Of a DNA stretch of 64,000 nt, positions 13,810-28,635 are shown one piece after another. Below the pieces are notes generated by a model. The model was not told the DNA's origin. It was given only the letters and a program-made list of their open reading frames with translations, and made no database searches. The DNA is from Octopus sinensis (Eukaryota): the NCBI RefSeq assembly GCF_006345805.1, contig NC_043014.1, forward strand, positions 44,330,001-44,394,000, given 5' to 3'. A program made the translations under genes and the position numbers. The number at the start of each line of letters is the position of its first letter. Position 1 is the first letter of the stretch.

Positions 13810-14584
13810 CATCACAATCATCATCATCATCATCATTATTATTATTATTATCTTTATTTTATTTATTAGTTATTATTATGACTAATAAAAAAAAACTAAG
13901 GAAAGCAATGAATGTGACATGGTGTCATTCCCCCTTCCTTAGAAATTCCTGTCTAATAAAAAAAATCGTTACTATCATCATTATCATCTATCATTACTAT
14001 TATTATTGAGTGAGAGAGCAATGCATATTATCAAAGTGAGGGTGGGTACAAATATACAAAGCCCGATATACTCATCATGACTACCCCCTGTCTGATAAGG
14101 GTACACCAGGCACACGTGTCACAATCATATGTGTGTGACATGGTGATCTTATATCAAGATAAACAGCACATGACCTTGCTGGTGGGACCAAAGACACTTT
14201 CCTCTTTGATCCAATCCAGATTACTTTTTTCAAGTTCTACATGTAGAGGAAATTGAGAGGAGAGGGCAAGGTGCCAACCACCAATAAATCTATTAAAGGT
14301 GTGTGAGAGTTGCAAGAACGACCCAAGTGAATGGGCCTATACTCACCGTATAGCTGTTGGTGGTGGAATGACAACTATGGGAGAGTGTCCACTTTTGGTA
14401 GTTAGGGTAATCTGCACAAACCCACCCCCAAATTACCGACAAAATGATGATATTAGGTCAACCACAATACCTGCCAATAGTATGAAGAGGAATCATATAA
14501 GACTCACCACAAATACCTTTAACAACCAATGTAAACAACATATGCAGTCATTCAAAGCATGTGTGTGCGTGTGTCTATGTGTGT

Positions 14585-14624
<40 letters not shown>

Positions 14625-15460
14625 CATGCACGCACATCTATATATAAACATTCACACACACTCACGTTTATTGTGGGTGGCATGATATGAAACTAAGTCG
14701 ATATACTGCAAATCAATAGTAAAAGATACAGCCACAGCTATTGTTGGAGGTGATGATAGGGGATAAGAAAATACTAATAATATCATAAGACACTAGTGGT
14801 GTGTGGTGAGGGTCAAAGTAGTAGAAGTGTTGATGGATATTACCTATACTCTAAGGCAATCAATGTTACAGTAGTAAAAGAAAGATAAATTTCCCTTCCT
14901 ATCGAGATGTACTGTTAGAACAGCTTACATCCCTACAAATGTTCATTGTTCATTTTATGCATCAAGTTAGTGATGCTATTAATGATTAAATATAGAAATC
15001 CCTATCTTAAACCTCTAAGACCACCATCCGTACACCTTTCTATATAAAATAATAATCATTATAAAATCCAGTTGTTTTTTTTTTTAATTCAATAATACTC
15101 AGTAAGAAAACATTTCATGAATCAAACCAAATAGGGAACTTCTACATAGTTAATTAACCTGTTAGAATTGTAAAAATAGTGACTGATTCTTGCTCAGGTC
15201 AGTTAAGATTAATATACATATGAAAACGATGGGATGGGATGGCCATAGCTGGTATGCCTTAACTATTGTTTAGGCTGACTTAAGCCTAAACAGCAGTAAC
15301 AATAACTTCATGATTTATTAAATAATCAGATACCTTAAATAACTCATGGCTTCCTAAATTGCCCATTAAGATTTGTCCATTTGTTTGAAAGTTTTCAATA
15401 ACAACCAATTCACACCTTCCATGAGTTTAATTTTGCTGTATTTTTTTTATTTCCTAACAG

Positions 15461-16353
15461 GCCCAACGCCGAGGTTTCAGTGGACCTGTTTGTGGCCCCA
15501 AACCAACTGAAAAACATCAAGTAAATTTCAGTGAAGAACAACTAAGAGCCGGAGAGGGAATTATTGGTTTGCAGGCAGGCACTAACAAGTTTGCCAGTCA
15601 AATTGGTATGAAGATTGGAGCTGTGAGACATATTGCAGATATCCGAGCTGATGACATGAACAAAGAGGGCCAAGGCGTAATCTCCCTCCAGGCTGGCACA
15701 AACAAGTTTGCCACTCAGTCAGGTATGTCTTTTGGTGCCGTCCGCCATATCGCTGATATTAGAGCAGATGAAATCACCCAGGATTCTCAGGGTCACATCG
15801 TTTGCAGAGTGGAACCAACAAGTGTGCCAGTCAGGCTGGTATGAGTGGTTTCGGAGCTGTTCGCCACATTAGTGACATCAGAGCTGATGACATGAATGCA
15901 GAGGGTCACACAGTGATTGGTCTCCAGGCTGGTAGCAACAAGGGTGCCAGCCAAAAGGGTATGAGCTGTATAGGTGGCGTGAGACACGTAGCTGATATTC
16001 GGTGTGATGACATTACAAAAGATGCTGAAGGTATGTTGACTCTGCAGGCTGGTACAAACCAGTTTGCCAGTCAGAAAGGCATGACCTCTTTCGGTGCTGT
16101 TCGCCACATTGCTGATATTCGAGCTGACCAATATGACAAAGAGAGCGATGGTTCCCTGTCACTCCAAGCTGGAACCAACAAGTTTGCCAGCCAGGCAGGT
16201 ATGTCCTTTGGTGCTGTCCGCCACGTGGCTGACATCAGATGTGACGAATTCAGTGAGTCAGGTAAATCTACTATCAGTCTGCAATACGGTCATAACAAGG
16301 GAGCCAACCAGACAGGCATGAACATTGGTAAAGCACGACACATCTGTGATTAA
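15461..16353 (+). CDS. Terminal exon A: linker + 7 calponin repeats, with an apparent 1-nt deletion at ~15800
   Basis: Strong acceptor ttttttttatttcctaacag|GCC CAA CGC. ORFs 15569-15844 and 15802-16353 join into seven LQxGxN..xQ.GM...RH repeats if one G is restored (atc g[g]t ttg cag). Stop TAA at 16351-16353. Confidence 0.9.
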
Positions 16354-16497
16354 GCTGTTTCTTGATGCCTGGAAATCCAACTGTAACGGCAGTACAACCT
16401 CCAACACCTTCACCAACTAGTACCATCACCACTGCCACCAGAACTACTACCGCCGCCACCACCACCACCACTTTGGAAGCAACAGTAACAGCAGCAA

Positions 16498-16538
<41 letters not shown>

Positions 16539-17155
16539 ACACCAATTGAACAATGAACAACAATGACATCAACAACAGCGATAATAACAGCATTCACAAA
16601 GACAACAAGAGTAACGGTAAATTACAACAACAGCAACAATAGTTAAAACGAAAGAATATCCAAAGAATGAATGAATGCAAAGGATCTTTGAAATAAACAC
16701 CATCAGAACAAATAAGGATAAGAAGGAAGAGTGAAAATATTACGAAAACAATGCCTTTCTGAAATAAGCGATGATTATTATTATTAATATAAATATCAAT
16801 ATCATAATGATTATTATTATTATTATTTTGTATATTTTACATCTTCATTTTTGTGAAACATCAAGGTCCTTGGAGCAATAGATTCATCATGTCCTTCCTG
16901 GTATGACCGCTTGAACTAAAAGTGAACGTAACAAACAAAAATCACGAAACAATTTCTAACAAACAAATGACAATAATAATAAAAATTTTTTTTTGAAAAT
17001 TGAAATAATAATAATGATAATAATAATAATAATAATAATGACAGCAGCAACAGCAACAACAACAACAACAACAACAAAACGGTAAAGTTAACTTTTGTTG
17101 CTGAAAAATTCCTTTAAAAGAAAAATAAGCAAAGAAGAAAACCAGAGAGTGCTTC

Positions 17156-17490
17156 AATAAATTCAGGAAGTAAGGACAAGACTAAAACAACAAAACAACA
17201 GTGATAAACCTATTAGATGTTATTTGTCAAATTAGAAATTAAGACAAAAAAAATCCTCCAATGATTGCAATGACTACCACAGGGAAATTTCTTTGTTCGA
17301 AATGAAAATGACAGACACTCACTTGCCCTAAGTTTCAATTATGTTCAACTAGTTTTTCCTTTCTTTCTTTCTTTCTTTCAATCTACAACCATGCCATTTA
17401 GGTTTGTAAATTGCTTCCTTTTTTTTTTTTTTTTCCGATTATTTTATTATTAATATTTTTTTTTTTTTTGCTTGTTTGCCTCGCAATAAA
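17156..17490 (+). terminator. Candidate poly(A) signals for exon A (AATAAA at 17156 and 17485)
   Basis: Canonical hexamers 0.8-1.1 kb after the exon A stop. Weak evidence in AT-rich DNA. Confidence 0.3.
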
Positions 17491-18833
17491 AGAGAGAGAA
17501 AGGAGTGACATGCCCTCTTAAAAGAAAAAAAAAAAAGGAGAATAATAAATATATTGAAATTCTAGTTGTCTTTGAAGCCAAAAATGTCGGAAATATCTTA
17601 TAAATAAATGGGAAAAAAACAAAGCGTCTCTTTTTGTTTCAACAAACTATGTTACTTTATTTTTTTATTTTCTTCTTCTTCTCAAAACAACCGGAAACAT
17701 GCTTGCACTCACATATATGTATATACATATATACATATATATATATAATATATATATATAGTATATATATATATATATATATTATCAGTTAGTTGTGCAT
17801 AAGTCAGAAAAAAGAAAGCACACTCTATTTGGAAAGAGAGAGAGAGAGAATGGTTGTATTTTATATTGTTGAGCAGTATATCACTAGTTGTGGCATATAA
17901 TTGGTCAGAATGTTACCAATGGTTTCACACTGGCTATTGTACTTAGCAGTTATTGATGACTCTTCAGACATGCTGAGTGAAAGTGCATAGCCTCTTTTAT
18001 GTTAGTGGTATGTGTGTGTGCATGCGTGCATGTGTGTGTGTCTGTACACACCTCTAGTATAAAAGAAGTTATGTGCTTCTGTTTAGTATGTCTAAAAAGT
18101 CACCAATATTGCCAAGTACAATAGTCAGTGCAAAAACCACTGGTAACGTTCTGTCCAGTTATATGCCTCAACCAGTAATATTCTGTTTGACTATATATAT
18201 ATTTGTATGTATACACACACACACACATACTAACATACACACACTCAGCTTTGTATACTCAAACACTCCACTCTCTTACATCTATCCACATTCTCATCAC
18301 AGTTTCTCCTTACCGATCTGTCTGTTTGCCTAATTGCCTGTATGTGTATGTATATATATATATACATATATACGTATGTATGTATCTAAGTATATTTATA
18401 TATATATATATATAGTTATGCAACGAACTATACCTGGAAGCAATCTACTGATGGAGGTAGCTAGTGGTAAGAACACAGTTGCACTCATTTGATAACACAC
18501 ACACACACACAAACACACACATACACACACACACACAAACACACACATACACACACACACTCAAACACAACTTTCATACACCTTTTTACTCTTCTTTTTT
18601 TAATTTTCTTTGGGTTTTTTTTCTTTTCTTTTCTTTTCTTTGGCAATTTGTTTCAGTTTTTGTTCTTTCTTGTACACACTTTGTTCTCCCTTGCTAAACA
18701 TTTTCTTGTCTTTCTTTAAACATTTTACTTTGCTTACAAATTAAGCTGCAATATGTATATACATACATATATATATATATATATACATATATTATATATA
18801 TATATATATATATAATATATATATAATATATAT

Positions 18834-18890
<57 letters not shown>

Positions 18891-20081
18891 TATATATATA
18901 TAATATATATATATATACACACAAGGTAGAACATGCACACACATACCAACGCACAACAGCAGCAGCACAACAGCAACAACAACAATACTAATGATACTAC
19001 TAATAATAATAGTAATAATAATAATAATTAATTCTTGTGGAAAATGGTAATTCCTTCTATATTGAGACGACATGAACAATCTATGAGAGAATGTGACAGA
19101 GGCAAGTTAGAAAAAATGTGTGTGTGTGTGTGTGTGTGAGAGCCTGGTTCCATAGAAATTAAATGAACAAAAAATGAATGATGGGATATATAATATACAA
19201 ATATGTTATAGCTGAGAATGGGATTTAAAATTTAGAAAACGCTGATTTTTTATTTTTTTTTTTTTTGCTTCTTAATATTGGTTAACTTCAGGCTGACGAA
19301 AATCTGTCCTTCTTATTTCAAGCCCTGTGGAGCATTGGACAAAGTGCCTTACCAGGGTTGGCTTCAGACCAGACCATTTTTCCATTCTAAGTTCAAACAC
19401 TGACATGGTCAACTTTGCTTTCCGTCCTTTCACTGTTGATAAATATGGAACCAGTCAAAGACTGCATTTAATGCAATCAACTAAACTAAACTCCCTAACC
19501 CCTAAAATTGTTGACCTTGTACCAAAATTTGAAACAATCAATATTATCATAGTGGCCAATACATTAAATGAAAGAACAGATTATTATCATTATTATTATT
19601 ATTACATCATGGATTGGCGAAATTTTTAGAGCTTCGGACAAAATTCTTTACAATGATCAGTTATGGTTGTTTAGGTTCTCAGTTCAAATCCTACCAATGT
19701 TAACTTTGTCACTCAACCTTCCAGGGTTGTTTGAATAAAGTACCGGTCACGTACTGGGGCTGAAGTAATTCTTCAGCCCATACCCTCAGAATAACTGACC
19801 TTGTTCCTAAATTACTCCAACTGTTATTATTATTATTGTTATTATTACTCTTATTAAGGAATCAAGCTGGCAGAATTGTTAGCTCAACAAAGTGTTAAGT
19901 GTAATTTCTTCTGATATTTTTTATATTCTGAGTTCAAATACTGTCAAGCCTAACTTTACCATCCATCCTCTCAGAATCAATAAACTAAACTACCCGAGAT
20001 ATTATACTAGGACATTGCAATCAACTTTGACTTGCCTCCTCCCCCAAAAAATTGATGATCATGTGCCAAAAATTAGAAAGA

Positions 20082-20138
<57 letters not shown>

Positions 20139-20498
20139 GTTACTTTTATTGTGTGTGTTTCATTATTTCATTTTTTATTTCTATATTATTTTTAACTGGG
20201 CAGGATGGGGAACCAAAGGATGTTTAAATTATTAAGGAGTTGAAAATCTTCTGAGCCTGCCCAACTCTATTTCGTCGCACAATAAAAGCACGGTAAAACT
20301 AAGGTGGTGCTGCTTGAGTTGTTGTTTTTAATTTTTTTTTTTTTTTTTGTCACATTTTACACTTCCCAAGCTTCTTCTTCTTCTTTTCACTTTTGGCACC
20401 TTACTAATAAAATCCATACACTGAACAAGCATGCATAAATCAAACATGTACATCCTGTCTCTTCCTTAGTCTCTCTCTCTCTCTCTCTCTCACTCACA

Positions 20499-20653
20499 CA
20501 CACACACACACACACATACATATGCTCACTGACACATGCGTACATATGCACACATAATCACATATATACTCATTCAAATATAAATATAGTTTATGTATGC
20601 AAACACACATACATGCACACAAATAACTTTCATTTACTCTTACAAACAAATAG

Positions 20654-20684
<31 letters not shown>

Positions 20685-20829
20685 TATGCTCACTGACACA
20701 TGCGTACATATGCACACATAATCACATATATACTCATTCAAATATAAATATAGTTTATGTATGCAAACACACATACATGCACACAAATAACTTTCATTTA
20801 CTCTTACAAACAAATAGACACACACACAC
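20499..20829. repeat. 164-bp tandem duplication bounded by (CA)n
   Basis: tatgctcact at 20521 and 20685; tacaaac at 20641 and 20805. Confidence 0.9.
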
Positions 20830-21402
20830 ATGCACACACACATTCATATGCATATCTACACTTTCATACATAACACACACATTTATTCACATACAGTCAT
20901 ACAAATATGCATCTAGTTTACATGCATCCATACATACATACACAAGCATTCATTCACACTGATAATCATGCATTCTTTCACATATACAACTTGACGTCTT
21001 ACCATATGTACATTAGTTTAAAAAAATAGATGTTTCCATCTTCAGTGTTGATGATGAATTTTTCCAATCATTTGACCCACTGAACTGTCAACACTTTCAA
21101 AGCTAATGTATGTGGATGTGTATTCCACAGACAATTGTACCCTCAATTTCCATCAGCCCTATTTCTATTACAAAACTCTAGTTGGCTTCATACTGTGATA
21201 AAATCATTCACCTTACAGTGCAAAGAATGGGATTCAGTCCAGTATCTCGTGATTTTGAAGCAAATTTCTTAACCATTTGGCCTTGCCTTTGGGTCATGTA
21301 CATTTTTACCTTGTACATTCACATATACACACATATTCACACACATAATGATAATTTATATACACATCATTTGTGTATGTGTGTGTGTATATATATATGT
21401 GC

Positions 21403-21447
<45 letters not shown>

Positions 21448-21578
21448 CAAATACACAGCCAAAAGAGCTACCAATAGTTTTATGCTATTATGATACTTGA
21501 ACAGACATCATTATAGAATATGCCATCCATCTTAAAGCAATCTTTCAAGCTCTGTTTATATGTGTTTTATATATATTA

Positions 21579-21616
<38 letters not shown>

Positions 21617-21685
21617 ATATATACATACATATACATATAAATATATACATACATACATACATACATACATACATACATACATACA

Positions 21686-21717
<32 letters not shown>

Positions 21718-22513
21718 CCATGTAGATATGGTTAAAAGCCAAGGTCCTCATGAATCACATCTGCATATATTCTAGTATATTCTATTTGTGTAGATGTTAT
21801 ATTTGCGTGAGGTATGAATAAGAGTTGAAAAATACCAGAAAATAGATTTTGCAGCATAATTGCAACAGATTAAAAAAAATTTTTTTTCATATTCTTTATT
21901 GACTATTACACAGCTTTCATTTCTCAATGTGAGCTACAAAGTTGTATAGTCTCCTCTCTAACTATGAATGTGACTCCTGATTACTAATTAGGTTATATAC
22001 AGCTTCATCCAAATGTAAATTTTGCATAATTTGATTCTCTGTCTGGTGAATTCCTGATAGATGTTCCACCTGTTTATTCTATACATATTTCTTCTTAACT
22101 CCTATTAGGAAAGGAAACATGTGTAATGGAGTATAGATAATGCCAAACATTTTTTCCAATCTCCTGTTTTGATATATATACACACACACATATATACATA
22201 TATATATAATATGTATATGTATGTGCGTGTGTGTGTGTGTATGTATCTATAAAAGTGCATGCCTTGGTGATTAAAGCGTTGCACTCTTCATCATATGACT
22301 GTAGTTTTGATTTCTGAAACAAGCAATGTGTTCGATAGACATTTCCTGTTTCCCTAGTCCCCTTAGTTGGTAAAAATGGGTAACACTGCGACAGACCAGT
22401 GGTCTATGCAGCAGGAGATTGTATATGCCACAGAATCCAAGAAACTGGCCTTATTAGGCTACAGCTCATGAAGGAGTTTGAATGCCTTTATATACACACA
22501 CACACACACACAC

Positions 22514-22547
<34 letters not shown>

Positions 22548-22713
22548 GTGTGTGTGTATGTATGTATGTGTGTGTGTCTGTGTGTGTGTCTGTATGTCTG
22601 TGTGTATGCATATCTATCTATCTATTTATCTCTCTCTCTATATATATATATATGTATGTATGTATATATGAATTGACCTGAGTACATATATACACAATTA
22701 TTATGACGCTGAC

Positions 22714-22759
<46 letters not shown>

Positions 22760-23119
22760 GTATATATATATATATACATACATACACATATATACATACC
22801 TGTCTAGATACACACAAACACACACATGCTCACACATACAATCATACCACACGCATTACTCATATATGTGTACGTGTGCGTCATATATACACATACTTGT
22901 ATGCATGTGCACCAATGCAAGGACACACATTCGGCACTGTAACTTCATCACTGCTTCTCTTCCTTCCACATTTATTTCCTATATTTTTTTGTATACATCG
23001 TTTTATATTTGGAATGTGTGACACCATAGTGTTTCAAGGGTTAATTGATGTTTTAAGGGGGTGCTCTGCAGGAAAAAGACACTCGAAATTCAAAACATTA
23101 TATTTGAATCTTTTCATAA

Positions 23120-23341
23120 TTAGCATTCAGATTACTCTGTCGTCAAATGTAATGCTTATTTATTCACATTGTTTTGAATTAATCATGCGTTCCCTTGAGG
23201 CTTCAAGATTTCAATTATGTGATTGTCTGCTTTCAGAATGACATTGTAGGGTAGGTGTGAGAGGCAGGATCTGGTTAGTTTGAACATAAAACAGTAGCAT
23301 ATTTGGGCCAGATATAACTCATTTAAATACTCAAAGGTCAA
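23120..23341. mobile_element. Degenerate MITE of similar TTAA-CCCTT type
   Basis: Decayed terminus (tactcaaaggtcaa) and ~220-bp length; recognised as a common octopus repeat from memory, not by search. Confidence 0.45.
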
Positions 23342-23359
23342 AGAAAATCAACATGATAT

Positions 23360-23592
23360 AAAACATGTGATATTATATAATATAAAACATGTGATATATA
23401 ATATAAAATATGTGATATTATATAATATGAAATATGTGATATTATATAATATAAAATATGTGATATTATATAATATAAAATATGTGGTATTATATAATAT
23501 AAAATATGTGATATTACATGATATAAAATATGTGATATTATATAATATAAAATATGTGATGTTATATAATATGAAATATGTGATATTATAAG
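23360..23592. repeat. 24-bp AT-rich minisatellite (atgtgatattatataatataaaat)n
   Basis: Direct inspection; 8-aa periodicity in overlapping ORFs. Confidence 0.9.
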
Positions 23593-24387
23593 AATTAGTT
23601 CAGACAAAAAAAAATTGACAACTGGCCCACTAATAGCTTAAATATCTTGTAACAATTCCTTGCTAGGCAAGCAGGAAGTGGCAGGTATAGGGATCAAATC
23701 ACACCAGCATGAATATTGCTCATGTATCTTTCTACGACCTACTTTATAACGGTTAATATCATTTGACATTGAAAGCCCAAGCAGTTAATTAATTCCTAAT
23801 TGCAGGAATACAGAATACAAATATTATTTAGAAACATAAAATCATTAATTCTTGCAAAAAGATAAATTATGCTTATATTTTTGTATTTCTGTTTTTTAAA
23901 GAAATATTCTTTGAAAATTCTTTTGTGTCCATTGGTCGATGGTAACAAAGGGATGAGTTAAGTTTGGATTGAACGGGAGAAACATTCTGTCCTGAGTGGT
24001 TTGGGTAGGAGGCAATGCCTTGTGGTGGGGCAGTTCATGGTAATTGTTGGTGCTACACACATATTTCATATATATAAACATATATCCGTGTGTGTGTATG
24101 TGTGTATGTAGATATATATATATATGCATATGTGTGTGTGTATATGTATATATGTGTATATGCATGCATGTACATATGTATATGTATATATGTATGTATG
24201 TGTATATTTATGTATATGTATGTATATATATATATATGTATGTATGTATATATACATATATGTGTGTGTATGTATATATGTATGTATATATATATATATA
24301 TATACACACACATATATATATATGTATATGTGTGTGTATGAATTTATGCATATATATATATGCATACATACATACACACACATATAC

Positions 24388-24421
<34 letters not shown>

Positions 24422-24450
24422 ACGTATGTATATATATGTATGTATGTATG

Positions 24451-24498
<48 letters not shown>

Positions 24499-24812
24499 AT
24501 ATTATATATATATATATATATATCATATATGTATATTTATATATATATAATTCCAATCGTAACATCTATGTAATGAAATTAAGTATACTGTTTATTCTAT
24601 TTCTATCAGTCTAGGATGAATGAAAGGTAAAGCTGACCTAAACTTAGAATAGTGAGGCTTTACAGTCATAATCTTTCTTGAACATGCAAACACACACATG
24701 TATGTGTGTGTGTGTGTGTGTATGTGAAAACATGCACACAAGCACACACACACTCATGTGTGAGTGAGTGTCTGTATGTATGTAAATTCACATATACAGA
24801 ATATATATATAT

Positions 24813-24844
<32 letters not shown>

Positions 24845-25802
24845 ATAATATATATATATATATATAATATATATATATATATCATGTTTAATTTCTGACA
24901 CAAAAAACATTAAAGTTCTCAGTAAAGAAATGTTATTTATAATGTGTTATGTATGTAAGCTAAACAGTATTGTATGTGAACAATGATTTCATTCAATCAG
25001 CGATTAGTTGACTATGCAAATAGGCAGAGCAGTCAGAGACATTCTATTTTTGTATATTTCTTGTTAAATGATTCTTACATGCAAAGATTCAGTGTTATAG
25101 TAACTATAGTTTACTATAAACCATTGCGGCCTTCCATGTGCTGGGTTGTTTACCCAGTTATTTATCATATTATTATGCCAAATAATTTGTCTGAAGAAGG
25201 AACACAATGAATTATTATATGCTTATTATATGATTATTATATGCTGCATATATGATCCACTTTTGATTACCTTTTAGAACAGCCTCTCTTTCTTTGAATC
25301 CCAATTGCCTTCTTTACAAGACTTCAGTTCACTCCCAATGTCTCTGTTGAAACAATTTTGCTTAGTCAAGAAACAAGACTGTAGAGATTAGTGCAAAAGG
25401 AATGACAGGTGTAATTAAATACTCCAATATGACTTTATGTACACTTGTGTGTGCATGAGTTATTGGATAAGTCCCTAAGGTTTCATATAGTTAGTGAATC
25501 ACTTGGCAAGTCGTTTTTCTCCAGGTTATTGACTATAGTCAGAAATAGCAGTTACAAGGAAATGAAGTGGCTCCCGTAGAGTTGAATTTGCAATGCGGAC
25601 TCAGTTTTCCATCCTACTCTTCAGTACCCATGAGACAATAAAAGTGCCTTGCTGCTAGAAATAGCAACCAAAAGTCTTTGACCTGTGCCTTAACATTTAA
25701 AAAAAGGAAGGACATATTAAATAATGGAATCCTAGTTAGATACATTATATCTTAAATATATCATCATCATCAACAACAATGATATATATATATATATATA
25801 TA

Positions 25803-25920
25803 TATAAGTAAATAAATGGAGTTATTCCTTTGGAATAAAACCAAAGTTATCTTCGAAACATATGTCGAAAGTAAAAGAATTTTAATAACATCTTCATTCA
25901 ACTCCATTTATTTACTTATA
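25803..25920. mobile_element. 118-bp mini-MITE / inverted repeat with 21-bp TIRs
   Basis: tataagtaaataaatggagtt … aactccatttatttacttata, with TA ends. Confidence 0.6.
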
Positions 25921-27847
25921 CTACCTTTGTAGTATAATTTCTACCTTTGAATTTCTACCTTTGAATAGGTCGCTTCATCCGTCTTACTTGCATGAATTTT
26001 GCTACCCTGGTAACTGTTTATCGAATTTTCCATGTTAACGGTAAACAAAGGATAATTCATTCATCCATTTATATATATATATATATAATATATATTACTC
26101 AATCCAAGGAATTCGCAAAATTCGATTTTGTTACCACTGTTAGTCAGGCCCTTCATATATTTTTAAATGCTCTTTAAAGACACTTTATTGAGATAAAGCT
26201 GTATTCTTAGAAATTCAGGTAATATATTTTATAAATATGCAGGGTATTTTACCAGTGAATAAACAAAATAAGGCACATATCTAAATTTATTGATTTCCTG
26301 TACAAAACAGAAACACAAACACATCTATAATATGTATCTACAACTATTATTATTATTATTATTATAATTATTATTATTGTTGTTGTTGTTGATGTTATTG
26401 TTATTAAGGCAGTGAGCTGACATTCATAAGCACACCAGGCAAAATGCTGGTAGCATTTCATCTGAGTTCAATTCCTGCTGAGGTCAACTTTGCCTTTCAT
26501 CCTTTCAGGGTTGATAAAATAAGCAACAATGACACACTGGGGTCAATGTAATCAACCAAAATTTCAGTCCTTGTGCCTATAATAGAAACAATTATTACTA
26601 CTATTAATTAATTAATTAATTAATTAATTAATTAATTAACTAATTAAATCCTGTTGAGAATATAATTGACTGTTCCCTTCTTCAAAATCTGGGGTCTTGC
26701 ATGCTTATGTCAGAAATTAGTAATAGTAATGGTAGATTCAATAAAACAGAATTTTCTATTTTGTATTTAGTTACATAGCCTGACATTCTGAGATCAAATC
26801 TTATCTAGGTCAGCTTTATCTTTCACAATTCTGGGACTACAATTAGACTGAATCAAGAATCAACTCCACATTTCCCACATAAATGCGTGATATTGCGCGA
26901 ATATATGAAAATATTATTACTTTCAATTTTTTTTTTTTCATATCATTCTACCATATTTCATTGCCATCATCTTGTTAACTAAAATTTCCACATTGTGTTA
27001 CCTGATTTTTTTTTTGTCTTTTTTGTTGATTTCCTTTTTTTTTAATCTGCCTGAGAGCTATTATTTTTCTGCCTGGAGCCAAAAATTTTCCTGCATTAAA
27101 ATTTGTCACATTTTTTAATGGGGTTTATGTTGATTTATATTTGCTTTTTGTTGTTGTTGTTATGTAGTTGTTCTTGCTATTATAACAGTTCTGGGTTTTT
27201 CTTTTTTTTTTTGCTATTAGTGATGGAAATTTCAGTTTTTTCTGGGGGTTTTTTTTTTTTTCATTTTTTCTTTACGTTAATAGAAATTAAGTGAGATAAA
27301 AAAAAAAAAGACACCAAAAAGATTTTGTAAACTGAAATTAAAATTCAATTTCTTTAGAATGAAAAATTAAATACCAAATTTGAACTGGTAAATCAATTTC
27401 AGTTGGGGGTGGGGGCAGTTTAATTTTTTTTTTTTTCTTCACTGAATTTTAGTTTAAAATTTTTTTTCTGTTCATATTTTTATCTCACTTAATTTCACTT
27501 GATAAAAAAATATCAGCTATGACAATTTATAAAAAAAAAATTTATAAAAAAAAAAGAAACTGAAAGAAACAAATAGAAATTGCCATCTTTCCTGTTATGC
27601 TTCAGGTGTGTAACTAACTCACTGCCTTTCTTTCAATACTTTGCTGCCAGCAACAGCACAGTGAATTTGATCCCTGCTACACCTGCTAACTAAATAATAA
27701 TGCATCACAGCATCATTCTGAGTTACTTCAAAATTCATTCATCATATAAGTTCCAAAAATATTTAAGAGAGGGGTTATGTAAACAGCAATAATGTTTAAG
27801 GTTTACAATTGTCATATCCAACAACCACTGTACTTTAATTGTCTACA

Positions 27848-28250
27848 GGCGCAGGAGTGGCTGTGTGGTAAATAGCTTGTTTGCCAACCACATGGTTCCG
27901 GGTTCAGTCCCACTGCGTGGCACCTTGGGCAAGTGTCTTCTACTATAGCCTCAGGCCGACCAAAGCCTTGTGAGTGGATTTGGTAGACGGAAGCTGAAAG
28001 AAGCCTGTCGTATATATATATATAAATATGCGTGTGTAAGTTTGTGTGTCCGTGTTTTTCCCCCTAGCATTGCTTGACAACCGATGCTGGTGTGTTTACA
28101 TCTCCGTCACTTAGCGGTTCAGCAAAAGAGACTGATAGAATAAGTCCTGGGCTTACAAAGAATAAGTCCCGGGGGCGATTTGCTCGACTAAAGGCGGTGC
28201 TCCAGCATGGCCGCAGTCAAATGACTGAAACATGTAAAAAAAAAAAATAT
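27848..28250 (+). mobile_element. SINE family A copy flanked by 103-bp direct repeats
   Basis: Full head and tail; 27744-27846 is repeated at 28251-28353. Confidence 0.88.
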
Positions 28251-28397
28251 ATATAAGTTCCAAAAATATTTAAGAGAGGGGTTATGTAAACAGCAATAAT
28301 GTTTAAGGTTTACAATTGTCGTATCCAACAACCACTGTACTTTAATTGTCTACGGGTCCTTAAATCAGTTTTGACAACTTCTGTTACTTTTTTGCAC

Positions 28398-28635
28398 CCT
28401 TTTAAAGCCTAGCCTGGCTCATGGGCCCGGTTTCCCGGTTTCTATACCGTATGTGTTCCCCAGCTGGACGGGACGCCAGTCCATCGTAGCGTTACTCATT
28501 TTTGCCAGCTGAGTGGACTGGAGCAACGTGAAATGAAGTGTTTTGCTCAAGAACACAACGCGTCGCCTGGTCCAGGAATCGAAACCACAATCTTACGATC
28601 ATTATGCTGACACCCTAACCACTAAGCCATGCACC
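28398..28635 (-). mobile_element. tRNA-derived SINE, family D (second copy at 55442-55690 +)
   Basis: Head gcatggcttagtggttagggtg…gtttcgattcct and a shared body ttgagcaaaacacttcattt…gaaacc. Confidence 0.75.

Noticed and set aside
9769-15460. Dscam-style docking site complementary to the shared acceptor motif
   Set aside because: No convincing complement (gggatagacaac…) found by eye; a computed search is still needed.
15795-15850. Programmed -1 ribosomal frameshift explaining the exon A break
   Set aside because: No X XXY YYZ slippery heptamer at the site; a missing G in a GG pair is simpler.
16362-16597. Thr/Ala-rich mucin-like ORF (16362-16556) and its antisense partner
   Set aside because: Trinucleotide low-complexity sequence in the exon A 3'UTR.
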